Translations under genes and position numbers: made by a program
In this document: piece after piece, positions 28,725 through 38,053 of the stretch
Layout of the letters: every line of letters begins with the position of its first letter
How positions within the stretch are numbered: position 1 is the first letter of the stretch
Notes under the pieces: model-generated
What the model was told of the DNA's origin: nothing
The model's input: only the letters and a program-made list of their open reading frames with translations
Databases searched by the model: none
From: Candidatus Xenobia bacterium
GTDB lineage: Bacteria; Vulcanimicrobiota; Xenobia; Xenobiales; QWHO01
NCBI GenBank assembly: GCA_045863235.1
Contig: BTUM01000041.1
Coordinates: 1 to 64,000, forward strand
DNA: 64,000 nucleotides
Reading direction: 5' to 3'

Positions 28725-30041
28725 ATGCTGAACCCCCTGCAGAACGGCAACGTTGCCAATCAGGTCTACGGGTTCCTCCCTCAGGCGCAGAGCGGGGCTC
28801 CGGCCCTGCAGGCCCCCCTGGGCGACCAGACGCGCTTTTCGCCCGAGTTGCTCGACCCGATGGGCGTCAGTCCGGTTGCCGACATGAATGGCCTGCTCAA
28901 CGGGCTGCGCGGTCTGACCGAGCCTGACCCTTCCCAGCGCCAGCAGAAGCAACAACCCCAGCAGCCCCGCAGCGCCGAGCAAACCCGCCAGGCCCAGCTC
29001 AAGGGCACCCTGGGCCGAGAAGACAAGCTGGCCGGCAAGCGGCTGCTGGCCGAGCTCGATTCTCAGGAACTGCAACAGATGTACGGCGAGCTCGGTCCCC
29101 TGATGGGGCGGTTGGGAGCGGCTCGTCCCGAAGTGACCTTGCAGGAGGCTGCCGGCATCCACGACGTCTTCAAGGACGACGCCAACGCGGCTCACCCGGT
29201 GGTGGAGTTCCTGTCCAACCGCAAGGACGTGAAGCTGAACGAGACCTTCACCTCGGCCCCCGGCGGCGGGCGTCCCGAGCTCGAGCCCAGCCTTAAGGAC
29301 GAGAACTCGCGCCAGATGCTCATGCTTCGCCGCGACCTCAAACCTCGGGACGCTTCCAAAATGGGCAGCCGTTTCCAGTTTGCCCTGGGCGATCCGATGA
29401 TGGCGGCCGACGCTTACAAGAGCACCGTGCCGATGCTGGCCAAGCGCAACGACATCCACCCCGAGACCATGAGCAACATGATGGACGGCATGGTGCGCAC
29501 CATGGGTGAGCCGGCCGCGGCCCTGCGCACCTTCAAGAGCGGCACCAAGCTGATGGAGGAGCGCGGCAACGTGCAGCCTACCGACGTCAGCCGGTTGCTC
29601 GGGGGCGTGGCCAACCTGAGCAAGAAGGACGGCGGCATGAACCCGGCCCGCGTGGCCAACGCCTTCGAGGACGCCACCAACCTGCTTCGCGAGCAGCCAG
29701 GGCGCAGCATTCACGACGTCATCTCGTTCACCGACATGCTGGGCGGCCCCGGTACTGCAGGCGCGGCCGGTCCGGGAGGGCCGCAGGGCCAGGGCCATCC
29801 AGGGCAGCCGGCGGGAACTCAAGCTCAGGCGGGGCCATCCATCGGCACTCCCTCCATCGGAGGCAAGCGCGACCGTCTGAGCCTGTTCCAGCAAGGCCTT
29901 GCCCTGATGCGCTCGGCACCCGACCTCAACGCCCAGAGCGTGCACGCGCTGGTCACCGGCCAGCCTGCCGCGCCGGCGACTCCCGGCGGGCCAACTCCAA
30001 GGAGTCCGTTCCAGCCCGCCCCCATTCCAGCCGTGTCCTGA
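28725..30041 (+). CDS. hypothetical protein with disordered termini and ~39-aa helical repeats
   Basis: Coding-like ORF; the repeat ML.KR.D[IL].P recurs at 39-aa spacing. Confidence 0.75.
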   Translation: MLNPLQNGNVANQVYGFLPQAQSGAPALQAPLGDQTRFSPELLDPMGVSPVADMNGLLNGLRGLTEPDPSQRQQKQQPQQPRSAEQTRQAQLKGTLGREDKLAGKRLLAELDSQELQQMYGELGPLMGRLGAARPEVTLQEAAGIHDVFKDDANAAHPVVEFLSNRKDVKLNETFTSAPGGGRPELEPSLKDENSRQMLMLRRDLKPRDASKMGSRFQFALGDPMMAADAYKSTVPMLAKRNDIHPETMSNMMDGMVRTMGEPAAALRTFKSGTKLMEERGNVQPTDVSRLLGGVANLSKKDGGMNPARVANAFEDATNLLREQPGRSIHDVISFTDMLGGPGTAGAAGPGGPQGQGHPGQPAGTQAQAGPSIGTPSIGGKRDRLSLFQQGLALMRSAPDLNAQSVHALVTGQPAAPATPGGPTPRSPFQPAPIPAVS

Positions 30042-30081
30042 GATCTCTGCGGAAAATCGTGCGAAGAAGCCGGGCGCGCTC

Positions 30082-30189
30082 TAAGGCGCCGCGCCTTGAA
30101 CACTTCAGGAATTGGCGCGGCGCCGTTCAACAGATTGTCTACACTCCCGCGCGTTCCAATTCTGAACAGGTCAACGCGCGGGAGTGTAG
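30082..30189 (+). repeat. 108-bp dispersed double-hairpin element, copy 2
   Basis: Near-identical to 10255-10362. Confidence 0.9.
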
Positions 30190-30227
30190 CAGGGCCCGAG
30201 CCCCCAGGAGCAAAGCACCCGCTCTCA

Positions 30228-31535
30228 ATGGCCACCCTGCTCTTTGCGACCCAGCCGGGCTCGGGTCACTTCAACCCGCTCTTGAGCATCGCGAGAAGAA
30301 TGGAGGCTCAGGGCCACCACACCGCGTTCACCTGCTCGGGACCGCCCGATTTCCACGAAGAGGTCCGCCGGGCCAGGGTCGAGCTTCATCCCCTCCCCCA
30401 ACCCCTCTCGCTCTCCGTTCCCGCAGCCCTCCTTCTGCCCCACACTCGCGGAATGCTGGAGACCATGGTGGCCGTGCTCGTCTTCACCGGGGACCTCGTG
30501 GTCCACGCCAGGGCGCTGGCAACCCTGTTGGCCGACCGTCGCCCGGATGCGGTCATCTGCGACTTCGCCTTCCCGGCCGCGGCCCTGGCCGCCGAGCGAG
30601 CCGGGCTCCCCTGGGTCTCGGTCTACCACGCAGGCCTGGCCTACCGAGGTCCCTCCGTCCCCCCGCTGGGCTCGGGCCTGCCCATCGGCGGCCAGTGGGG
30701 CTGGCGCGGCCAGATCGCCGGGTGGATGGAGCGACTCGGCAACGACCTGCTGAACCGACGGATGGCCCGGGCCCGAGCCAGACTCGGCCTGCCCGCCGTC
30801 AAGCGAGACTACTTCTGGACCTCCCCCTGGCTGACTCTGGTGCTGAGCGCGGAGGCCGTGGAGGCCCCCCGTCATTCGCTCACGGCTGAGACCTGCTTCA
30901 TCGGGCCCTGCTTTGGCGAGCGCTCGGGCGAGCAGTTCGGGCTCGAGCGCCGCTTCTGCGAGCGACCGCTGGTCTACGTCTCGCTGGGAACCGTGTTCAA
31001 TCGAAAGCCGGACGTCTTTCACCGCATTCTGACCGGGCTTCAGGAAGACTGCGAGCTGGTGGTGAGCGCGGGGGGCGCCTTCCCGGCCCTGAGCGCCAGG
31101 CGTTACCTCCCTTCGGTGCACCTCTTCCCGCGGGTGCCCCAGGTCGATCTGCTCCCCCTCGTGGACGCGGTCGTCAGCCACGGCGGCAACAACACCATCA
31201 ACGAGACCCTGGCCGCCGGCAAGCCATTGCTGGTGCTACCCGTGGGAGGTGAGCAGCAGGACAACGCAAGCCGGGTGGAGTTTCTGGGCGCCGGGCTGCG
31301 GACGACTCTGAACGCCCCTGCTGCCACGATCCGTGCTCTGGTCGGGCGCCTGATCCGCGAGTCGAGCTTTCGAGACTCGGCCTCGGCCTGCGCCGCGGTG
31401 CTGGCCGAGACCCGGGGCACCGAGACGGCCCGTTTGCTCATCGAGCGCCTGCTCGAGACCGGCCGCCCGGTCAGTCGTGTGGCCGGCTTTCCCCAGACCA
31501 TCACCGCGCGCACCGGACTGCCCTGGGAGGTCTGA
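30228..31535 (+). CDS. GT1/MGT-family UDP-glycosyltransferase
   Basis: Motifs GHFNP, VYVSLGT, VPQ, SHGGNNTINE and EQQDN. Confidence 0.9.
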   Translation: MATLLFATQPGSGHFNPLLSIARRMEAQGHHTAFTCSGPPDFHEEVRRARVELHPLPQPLSLSVPAALLLPHTRGMLETMVAVLVFTGDLVVHARALATLLADRRPDAVICDFAFPAAALAAERAGLPWVSVYHAGLAYRGPSVPPLGSGLPIGGQWGWRGQIAGWMERLGNDLLNRRMARARARLGLPAVKRDYFWTSPWLTLVLSAEAVEAPRHSLTAETCFIGPCFGERSGEQFGLERRFCERPLVYVSLGTVFNRKPDVFHRILTGLQEDCELVVSAGGAFPALSARRYLPSVHLFPRVPQVDLLPLVDAVVSHGGNNTINETLAAGKPLLVLPVGGEQQDNASRVEFLGAGLRTTLNAPAATIRALVGRLIRESSFRDSASACAAVLAETRGTETARLLIERLLETGRPVSRVAGFPQTITARTGLPWEV

Positions 31536-31587
31536 GCCCCCTGTCGTGGAAGCCCGTCTTTCCATCACGATGAGGGAGGCCACCAGG

Positions 31588-32016
31588 ATGAATCGACGCC
31601 AGTTCAACGCCATGCTGCTCTCAGCCGCCGTGCTGAGCCTGACCGGAGCCGCGCAAGCCAAGGAGCTGGCCCCCGGCCTCAGCGAGGAGATGTTCAAAAC
31701 CCTCGACCCCGTCGTCGAGCGCCTGGTGAAAGCCTACAACGAAGGCAACTGGAAGGCGTTCTACGCTGACTATGCCAAAGCCATGAACGCGCTGGCCACC
31801 GAACAGGCCTTCAACTCCCTCTACACCAACATGTACAAGAAACAGTTCGGCACCATCAAGACCCGCAAGCTGAACACCCAGCGCACCACCATGCCCAGCG
31901 AGATGAACGGGCTGATCGTCTACGACGTCACCTGCAGCAAGAAGAACGGCATCCTGGCCGTCAACTGGATGAAGGAAGATGGGAAGTGGAAGGTTCAGCA
32001 GGTCCAGCTTCAGTAG
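31588..32016 (+). CDS. Tat-exported small protein (NTF2-like fold suspected)
   Basis: MNRRQF twin-arginine signal and AQA cleavage site; RBS GGGAGG. Confidence 0.75.
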   Translation: MNRRQFNAMLLSAAVLSLTGAAQAKELAPGLSEEMFKTLDPVVERLVKAYNEGNWKAFYADYAKAMNALATEQAFNSLYTNMYKKQFGTIKTRKLNTQRTTMPSEMNGLIVYDVTCSKKNGILAVNWMKEDGKWKVQQVQLQ

Positions 32017-35000
32017 CGTCCTGACGGCGCTTCACACGCGCTCCGCCCACCACGATGGCTTTCTCCTCCTCCAGAATGCCGGTGCTGGCGCTCTCTTTCA
32101 CGATGCGCGCCAGGGCCTCGTCCAGGTTGTCGGAGACCAGGGCCGCCGGCAGGCGAGCTACCAGCTGGGCCAGTGACAGCCCCTTGAGCCGGCCGGCCTT
32201 CTCCTCCTCGCGCAGCAAGGCCAGGGCCCGCCAGCCCAGGCCGTTGGGCATGCCGCCCAGAACCGTCAGGGCTTGCTTGCGTGAGTCCAGCGGGGTGCGC
32301 TTGTCGCAGGCCAGCTCCAGCACGTCTTCCATCACTTCCAGGCCGCCCCGGTCGCGGAACAGCTCCTTGCCGACCGGGTCCACCACCATCAGACCGCCTA
32401 CCGAGAAGCCCTCCTTCTCCACGCTGCTGTCGGTCACCAACGTGTAACGCAGCCGTACTGAGCCGCCGGCGTAGTGGGACAGATCGGACTCGAAGGTGGT
32501 CCAGCCCGAGCTACCGGTGTGGCTCTGCAGCTGCTGCCAGTTCACCCCGTCTGCGGAGGCCTCGACCAGGATCCGGTCGTTGCCGCTCTCGGTATCGAAG
32601 CTGGCCTGGTAGCGAAGGCGCGGCTGCTCGACCCCGCGCAGGTCGATGGCCGGACTGGTGAGCGAGCTCTTTTCGTTGGGGCGGTAGTTGCCCGCCGGGC
32701 TGTCAGCCCAGCCGGGACCGGCGGGAGTCTGGACGCGACCCCAGGTCCCTTCGGCCACCCAGGCCCCCACCCGGGCGGTGTTGCTCAGTCCTGCCAGAAT
32801 GCCCAGCGCCTCGCTGTCGAGATCGCTTCCTTCGAGCCGCTGCTGTAGGCGCAGAGCGTCCAGGCCCCCTTCGGCCAGCTGAGCTCCCAGGGCCAGCAAC
32901 TCGGTCTTGCGGGTGCGCTGATCGGCAGGCAGATCCTGCAGCACGAACCACAGCTTGCGGCTATCCTCCCAGCCGGCGTAGTGCACCAGCAGCCCCAGAT
33001 CACGCGCTTTGTCAGGATCAGAGCCGGCCAGGTCCCAGACCTCCAGGGCCTGCCCGGGGTCGCCCAGTCCTTCGGTCAGCATGCTCAAAGTGGCGAGCGT
33101 CTCCTTGAGGGTGGCCTGGTCTTGACCCGGGCGGAAGACCGAGCGCGTCAGCATCTCAAGACCCTCGGCGCGGGTGCCGTGATCCTGCAGGCGCACCTCG
33201 GGCTTGCCGGCCGCGTTGTTCCCCCCGATCGTCAGCTTGCGCAGAGTCATCCCCTCGCGCTCGTTGGACCCGTCCGAGGTCAGGCGAAATCGGACGCGCA
33301 CGCTCTTGTCCCGGTAGGCGGACAGATCGCGCGAATAAGGCTGCATGCCCTGGGTGCCATCGTGGATGGCCAACTCTTTCCAACCGCTGCCATCATCCAC
33401 TTCGACGTAGATGTGGTCGTACTTGTCCTCCAGGGCGTGGCTGGCCTCGTAGGTCAACCGGGCCGTGGCCAGCCCCCTCAGATCCACCTGGCGTGTCTGC
33501 AGGATGTTGGTATCGTTGCTCTTATAGCTCTGATCGGGGCTGTCGTCCATGGAGCCGTCCGGACGCCGCACCCAGCGAGTTGGACCCTCGTAGACCTGAA
33601 AGCTCGTGGCCAGGCTGCTCAGATCGGCGCTCATGGCGGCATCGAAACCGGCCTGCAGCATCTGAGCAGGCAGCTCCGAGCGCAGGGGCGAGCCCAGCGC
33701 CTGGGCCAGTATGCGGGCGCACTGGTAGGCTGCGCCCACCTCGTCGGCGCTGCGTCCGGCCAGCACCAGGTCGGCCTGGCTGACGGCCGCCTCCACGCCC
33801 AGCGCGCTCACCAGGGCGCGCAGCTCGCCCGCGCGCGAGCCGGCCTTCGCCAGCACCGGCTGCAGGGCCAGAGCCTGGCTGGCGCTCACCTCATCGAGGA
33901 GGGCCGCAGCTCCTACCAGAGCGGCGCTCTCCTGGCTCGCAGCCAGTTCGAAAAGGCGCTCGCAAGTCCGGCGGGCCAACTCGGGCTCATCTTGGAAAAC
34001 CTGGTCCTCGCCGGCCGACTGCACGCTGAAGTTGCGGAAGGCCAGGCCTTTGCGCTCACCTGAGCCATCAGTGGTCAAGAGCCAGCGAAGCTGCACCTTC
34101 TGACCGTCGTAGGCGGACATGCTGATGCTCTGTCCGGTCCAGCCGTTGCTGCCTGCGTATTTGTTCAGGTCCTTCCACTCCTGGCCGTCGGTGGAGGCCT
34201 GCAGCTGCACAAAGTCGTACTTGTCCTCGAGCTCCCAACGGGCCTCGAAGCGCAGACTGGTACCCTGGCGGCCGGTCAGGTCGAGGGTGGGCCCCAACAG
34301 GACCTCGCGAGCGTTGTTGGAGTAGGCCGCCAGACCTGGATTGGTGCTCCAAGCCTTCTCGGCCGGATCATAGCCCCAGCTCCCCTGACTCTGCCACCCC
34401 TCCTTTGAAGAGCTGACCAGCAGGCGGTCCAGCGACCTCCTGGCTTCATCGCTCAGCGACCTGACGGTGGTGTAGCTCAGCTCGAGGTCGTCGCTGCGTC
34501 GAGCTCGCGCCAACCGAACGCCCAGATCGTGGGTCTCGACGGCTCGGTTCTTGCGCTCCTCCCAGCTTCCCGCTCCATGGGTCAAGTCGGGCCAGATGGC
34601 GGCCGCGGTACGCGAGCCCAGCTCCTGACTGAGCTTGGAGAGAGCGGTGGCCTGCTCGGGATCGGGGGCGGAGCCCAGCGAGCGCCAGGCCGCCATGCCC
34701 TCGGCAGTGGAGGCATAGCGGCCCAGGAATTCAGCTAGCAAGGCTACGTTCTGACCCGGTCGCTCCAACTCGGTCAACAGCTCATCCAGCTCCCCACCGG
34801 TCCGGTGGGTGAGCAGGGTGCGCTCGCCGGCCGGGCCGCGGGCCGTCAGGGCCAGATTCTGAAATTGAAAACCCTCTTTCTCCACGCTGCCATCGGTTTT
34901 GAGCCGGAAGCGAAGCTCGATGTCCTGATTGACGAAGCTCCGCAGAGAAACCTTGCGGGGAGCGGTGGCGCCGTCGCCGGTGTAGGTCTCGAGCGAGCGC

Positions 35001-36394
35001 CAGTCACCGCCCCGGGGGCGAATCTCCAGGAACACGTGGTCGCGGTCCTTCTCCAGGCTCCAGCCGGCCTCAAAGCTCAGCTCGGCATCCTGGAAGCCCT
35101 GCAGCGAGACCCCCCGGCTTGTCAGGGAGATGTCCTGGTTGGGAGCGTAGGCACCCTTGGGGTTGTCCTTCCAACCGCTGGCATCGCTGGTCCAGGCTCC
35201 CTCGCTCTTCCACTCGGGGCGGGCATTCCTGGCCACCTCGACGGCCTCGGGCGCCAGCACCGCCAACCTTCGGGCCACCTCCAGCTGAGGGAAGCTCTTC
35301 AGGCACTCGAGAAAGCACTCCGGTTTGGGGCTCTGCTCCAATGCCCGGGCAGCCTCCAGGGGCTGAGGGTGGTCTTTGACCGCCTGCAGGCGAGCCGACA
35401 GCGAGGGGAGCTCCTGGCCGGCGCTCTGGGCCAGCGCCTCACGGTACAGCGCCTCGCCGCGGGTGGCTCGATACAGCTCCAGTCGCTCGGCGTAGGGGCG
35501 CTCGCTGCCGTCGGAGGCCAGCAATCGCCAGACCTTGCCGGCCGACTCTGCACCCAACTCGCCGCGCAGCTCCTCGAGGCGTTTCTTCTGCTCGGCCAGA
35601 GCGGCCAAATCGGGAGCCTGGTCGGTCTTCCAGGTCAGCAGGGTCTCGCCGTGCGCCTGCAGGGCCACCTCGGCCGGGTTGCTCCGGTAGGTCGCAAAAG
35701 GATCGCCGCTAGAGAGCCGATAACCCTGCAGACTCTTGAGGTGAGCGGCCAGCTCAGGGCGGCTGAGGTTGTGAGCGGTCCCGGTCTTGAGGAAGACGGC
35801 CAGGGATGCCTCCTCGGGACTGTGCAAGGCTCCCTCGGGAACGATCACCCGCTGACCCGAGGCCAGCCTCTGGTAGGCCTGCCAGGAGGGCAGAGTGTTG
35901 TGGGAGTCATCCCGAAAGCTGACCCCGCTTCGGGCCAGGGCTTGAACCTGCTCGGCCAGCCGGGGTTGTTGCAGGGAGCTCAAGCTGCCCCCGCCGTGAA
36001 AGGCAAAGACCATACCCAGGGTTTCGGCGCTGGTGAGCGGTGCCCAGCTGTGCCCGGGCAACTGGAACTGCACGCGGGTGCCATCCTGAATGTAGCTGGC
36101 CGCCTTCTCACCGGGGGCGTCCTTCCATTTCTCGTTCCAGAAGTCGAGCCCGCGGCCCATGTACTGAAATTTGACGCCCTGAGCGTCCAGCCCCCGTCCC
36201 ATGGCGCCCAGAGTCAGTCCGGTCCCCACCGCGGCCTGGCTGGCCGTGGAAAGGCCGGTAGAGCCCAGGCGAGAGTATGCGGGCTGCGCTCGGCTCAGCT
36301 GCACGCTGTCGCCCGGGCCAGCGGGAGCCAGGGCCGCGTGGGGCCGCGCCGCCTGCTGGCTGACGGTCAGAGAGGAGGACGGAAGGATCCTCAT
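31961..36394 (-). CDS. 1477-aa protein with four immune-inhibitor-A/MAM-like jelly-roll domains, DSVQLS leader and IVVGGARVKRR motif
   Basis: Four copies of W.D.P...Y....L...[IV]DL...LE...D...[VL]E...G..W...LS.Y....V.LRF.L..D.S....G separated by helical linkers. Confidence 0.85.
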   Translation of the reverse strand: MRILPSSSLTVSQQAARPHAALAPAGPGDSVQLSRAQPAYSRLGSTGLSTASQAAVGTGLTLGAMGRGLDAQGVKFQYMGRGLDFWNEKWKDAPGEKAASYIQDGTRVQFQLPGHSWAPLTSAETLGMVFAFHGGGSLSSLQQPRLAEQVQALARSGVSFRDDSHNTLPSWQAYQRLASGQRVIVPEGALHSPEEASLAVFLKTGTAHNLSRPELAAHLKSLQGYRLSSGDPFATYRSNPAEVALQAHGETLLTWKTDQAPDLAALAEQKKRLEELRGELGAESAGKVWRLLASDGSERPYAERLELYRATRGEALYREALAQSAGQELPSLSARLQAVKDHPQPLEAARALEQSPKPECFLECLKSFPQLEVARRLAVLAPEAVEVARNARPEWKSEGAWTSDASGWKDNPKGAYAPNQDISLTSRGVSLQGFQDAELSFEAGWSLEKDRDHVFLEIRPRGGDWRSLETYTGDGATAPRKVSLRSFVNQDIELRFRLKTDGSVEKEGFQFQNLALTARGPAGERTLLTHRTGGELDELLTELERPGQNVALLAEFLGRYASTAEGMAAWRSLGSAPDPEQATALSKLSQELGSRTAAAIWPDLTHGAGSWEERKNRAVETHDLGVRLARARRSDDLELSYTTVRSLSDEARRSLDRLLVSSSKEGWQSQGSWGYDPAEKAWSTNPGLAAYSNNAREVLLGPTLDLTGRQGTSLRFEARWELEDKYDFVQLQASTDGQEWKDLNKYAGSNGWTGQSISMSAYDGQKVQLRWLLTTDGSGERKGLAFRNFSVQSAGEDQVFQDEPELARRTCERLFELAASQESAALVGAAALLDEVSASQALALQPVLAKAGSRAGELRALVSALGVEAAVSQADLVLAGRSADEVGAAYQCARILAQALGSPLRSELPAQMLQAGFDAAMSADLSSLATSFQVYEGPTRWVRRPDGSMDDSPDQSYKSNDTNILQTRQVDLRGLATARLTYEASHALEDKYDHIYVEVDDGSGWKELAIHDGTQGMQPYSRDLSAYRDKSVRVRFRLTSDGSNEREGMTLRKLTIGGNNAAGKPEVRLQDHGTRAEGLEMLTRSVFRPGQDQATLKETLATLSMLTEGLGDPGQALEVWDLAGSDPDKARDLGLLVHYAGWEDSRKLWFVLQDLPADQRTRKTELLALGAQLAEGGLDALRLQQRLEGSDLDSEALGILAGLSNTARVGAWVAEGTWGRVQTPAGPGWADSPAGNYRPNEKSSLTSPAIDLRGVEQPRLRYQASFDTESGNDRILVEASADGVNWQQLQSHTGSSGWTTFESDLSHYAGGSVRLRYTLVTDSSVEKEGFSVGGLMVVDPVGKELFRDRGGLEVMEDVLELACDKRTPLDSRKQALTVLGGMPNGLGWRALALLREEEKAGRLKGLSLAQLVARLPAALVSDNLDEALARIVKESASTGILEEEKAIVVGGARVKRRQDATEAGPAEPSTSHLPSSS

Positions 36395-36452
36395 GCAAGA
36401 CAGGATAGCCTTAAGGACTGAAAATTCTCTGTCTCTTCAGGGGGCCCCCCGT

Positions 36453-36848
36453 TCAGCGTTTCCCGGGAAAGAACTTCCTCATCGGGCTGGTGGTTCCGTA
36501 GTCGGTCAACTTGGGCAGCAGGCGCAGCAGAAAGGACTCATTGTTGGGCTCGGTCACGTCGGAGCCGTGGCTGACCCGCTTCACCCTGCCGATCAACGCC
36601 TTGAAGGGGAGGACGATGGCGTGCGAGAGCCCCGGCTGAGCCAGCATCATCATGCTCTCCCCGTTGCTGCTCCAGTGCCTCAGAAAGCGGCACAGCACCT
36701 TGCGGCTCTGGTTGTCGACGTAGAGCACGTCGCCAAACTTGAGCGTTTCCACCCGGGCCGGCTCCAACTCGACCAGCGAGCCCGCGGGAATGAGCCGGGG
36801 CATCTCGGAGACCGCCAGATGCACGGCGGAGGGGTTCTTCTTCTCCAT
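36453..36848 (-). CDS. hypothetical protein, weak peptidase S24/S26-like pattern
   Basis: SEMPRLIPAGSLVEL...LKFGDVLY...LIGRV resembles the S26 fold, but the catalytic residues are unclear. Confidence 0.55.
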   Translation of the reverse strand: MEKKNPSAVHLAVSEMPRLIPAGSLVELEPARVETLKFGDVLYVDNQSRKVLCRFLRHWSSNGESMMMLAQPGLSHAIVLPFKALIGRVKRVSHGSDVTEPNNESFLLRLLPKLTDYGTTSPMRKFFPGKR

Positions 36849-36919
36849 CCCTCAAGCCCTTGGCGCTCCGGAGTCGAACCCCTGCCTTGACCAAAGCGCA
36901 AGACCTTTGGTCTTGCACT

Positions 36920-37816
36920 TTAGCTCGGGTCGGCCTCGATTTCCAGCACAGGCTCGCGCTTTCCGTTCAGCAATCGGTAGTTGTGCTTGCCCGGGGCCTC
37001 CGAGCGGCCCAGCTCCTCCACCTCGAGGCCAGCCGAGCCGCGCCGGTCAACCACCGCCTTCGGCGAGCGGATGACCATCTTGCGCAGATCGCCGTCCGGG
37101 GTGCGCAGGCGCAGGTTGATCAGGTCGTCCTCGATGGAATAGCGCTCCAGGCGGGCCTTCATGGGAGTGCGCAGCTCGTTGTCGCGGCGAGGAGGCGGCT
37201 CTTGCGGGGTCAGCTCCTTGAAGCGCCCGGTCATCAGCTCGAACTCCTCGGGTGCGGCCCGCCGGGCCAGCGACTCCAGGCCGCGCAGCAGCTCTTGTGA
37301 GGGACTGAGGAACTCCAGGCCCACCCGGAAACGGTTCTGCTCGTCGTGAGGGGCGCACCAGGCCACCCGGGCCTGACACGAAAGGCCCGGGCCCTGCTCA
37401 CCCAGCTCGAGCACCATCTGGATCTGGATGCCCACCGGCATCTTGCCGTCGGTCTCGAGCTGCACGCCGCTCGAGCTGACGTCCAGGGTCATAGCCCGGA
37501 AGCCCGGCAGACATCGCGAGAGCACACGGGTACGACAGGGGAAGCGGCGCGACTGGCGCAGGAAAGGCTCGGGACGGGCCGAGCCGCCGGGCAGGCGGAC
37601 GCCCTTGAGCAGCCGTCCCACCACTACGTAGCCGCCCCCGGGCAGGCTGCGGCAGGTTCCCACCTGAATGCGCACCCTCGGGTGGTCGGGCAGGGTCAGC
37701 CGCAGCTGCACCTTCTTGCCCATCTCGTAGGGACGCGAGCTCTTGAAGATGATGCGCTCGCCCTGGCAGTCAACAAACTCACCCAGCTCGGTCGGACGGA
37801 AAAGATTTTGAAGCAA
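36920..37816 (-). CDS. PilZ-domain protein
   Basis: RQSRR (RxxxR) and DVSSSG (DxSxxG), ARVAWC and VGLEF; TTG start after GAGGTG is estimated. Confidence 0.8.
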   Translation of the reverse strand: MLQNLFRPTELGEFVDCQGERIIFKSSRPYEMGKKVQLRLTLPDHPRVRIQVGTCRSLPGGGYVVVGRLLKGVRLPGGSARPEPFLRQSRRFPCRTRVLSRCLPGFRAMTLDVSSSGVQLETDGKMPVGIQIQMVLELGEQGPGLSCQARVAWCAPHDEQNRFRVGLEFLSPSQELLRGLESLARRAAPEEFELMTGRFKELTPQEPPPRRDNELRTPMKARLERYSIEDDLINLRLRTPDGDLRKMVIRSPKAVVDRRGSAGLEVEELGRSEAPGKHNYRLLNGKREPVLEIEADPS

Positions 37817-37905
37817 AATCCACCTCTTCTGGCTCTGATTTGAACAAAATTCTGGATCCTGCCCGGAACTCCTGTTCGCAGGAAGAAAAACGTGTCCGGG
37901 CCTTG

Positions 37906-38013
37906 CTACACTCCCGCGCGTTGACCTGTTCAGGATTGGAACGCGCGGGAGTGTAGACAATCCGTTGAGCGGCGCCGCGGCAATTCCTGAAGTATTCAAC
38001 GCGCGGCGCCTTC
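37906..38013 (-). repeat. 108-bp dispersed double-hairpin element, copy 3 (inverted)
   Basis: Reverse complement matches copies 1 and 2; lies between divergent genes. Confidence 0.9.
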
Positions 38014-38053
38014 AGCGCAGGAACAGGAGCGCCTGGGGCCCGAAGCCAGTCGG

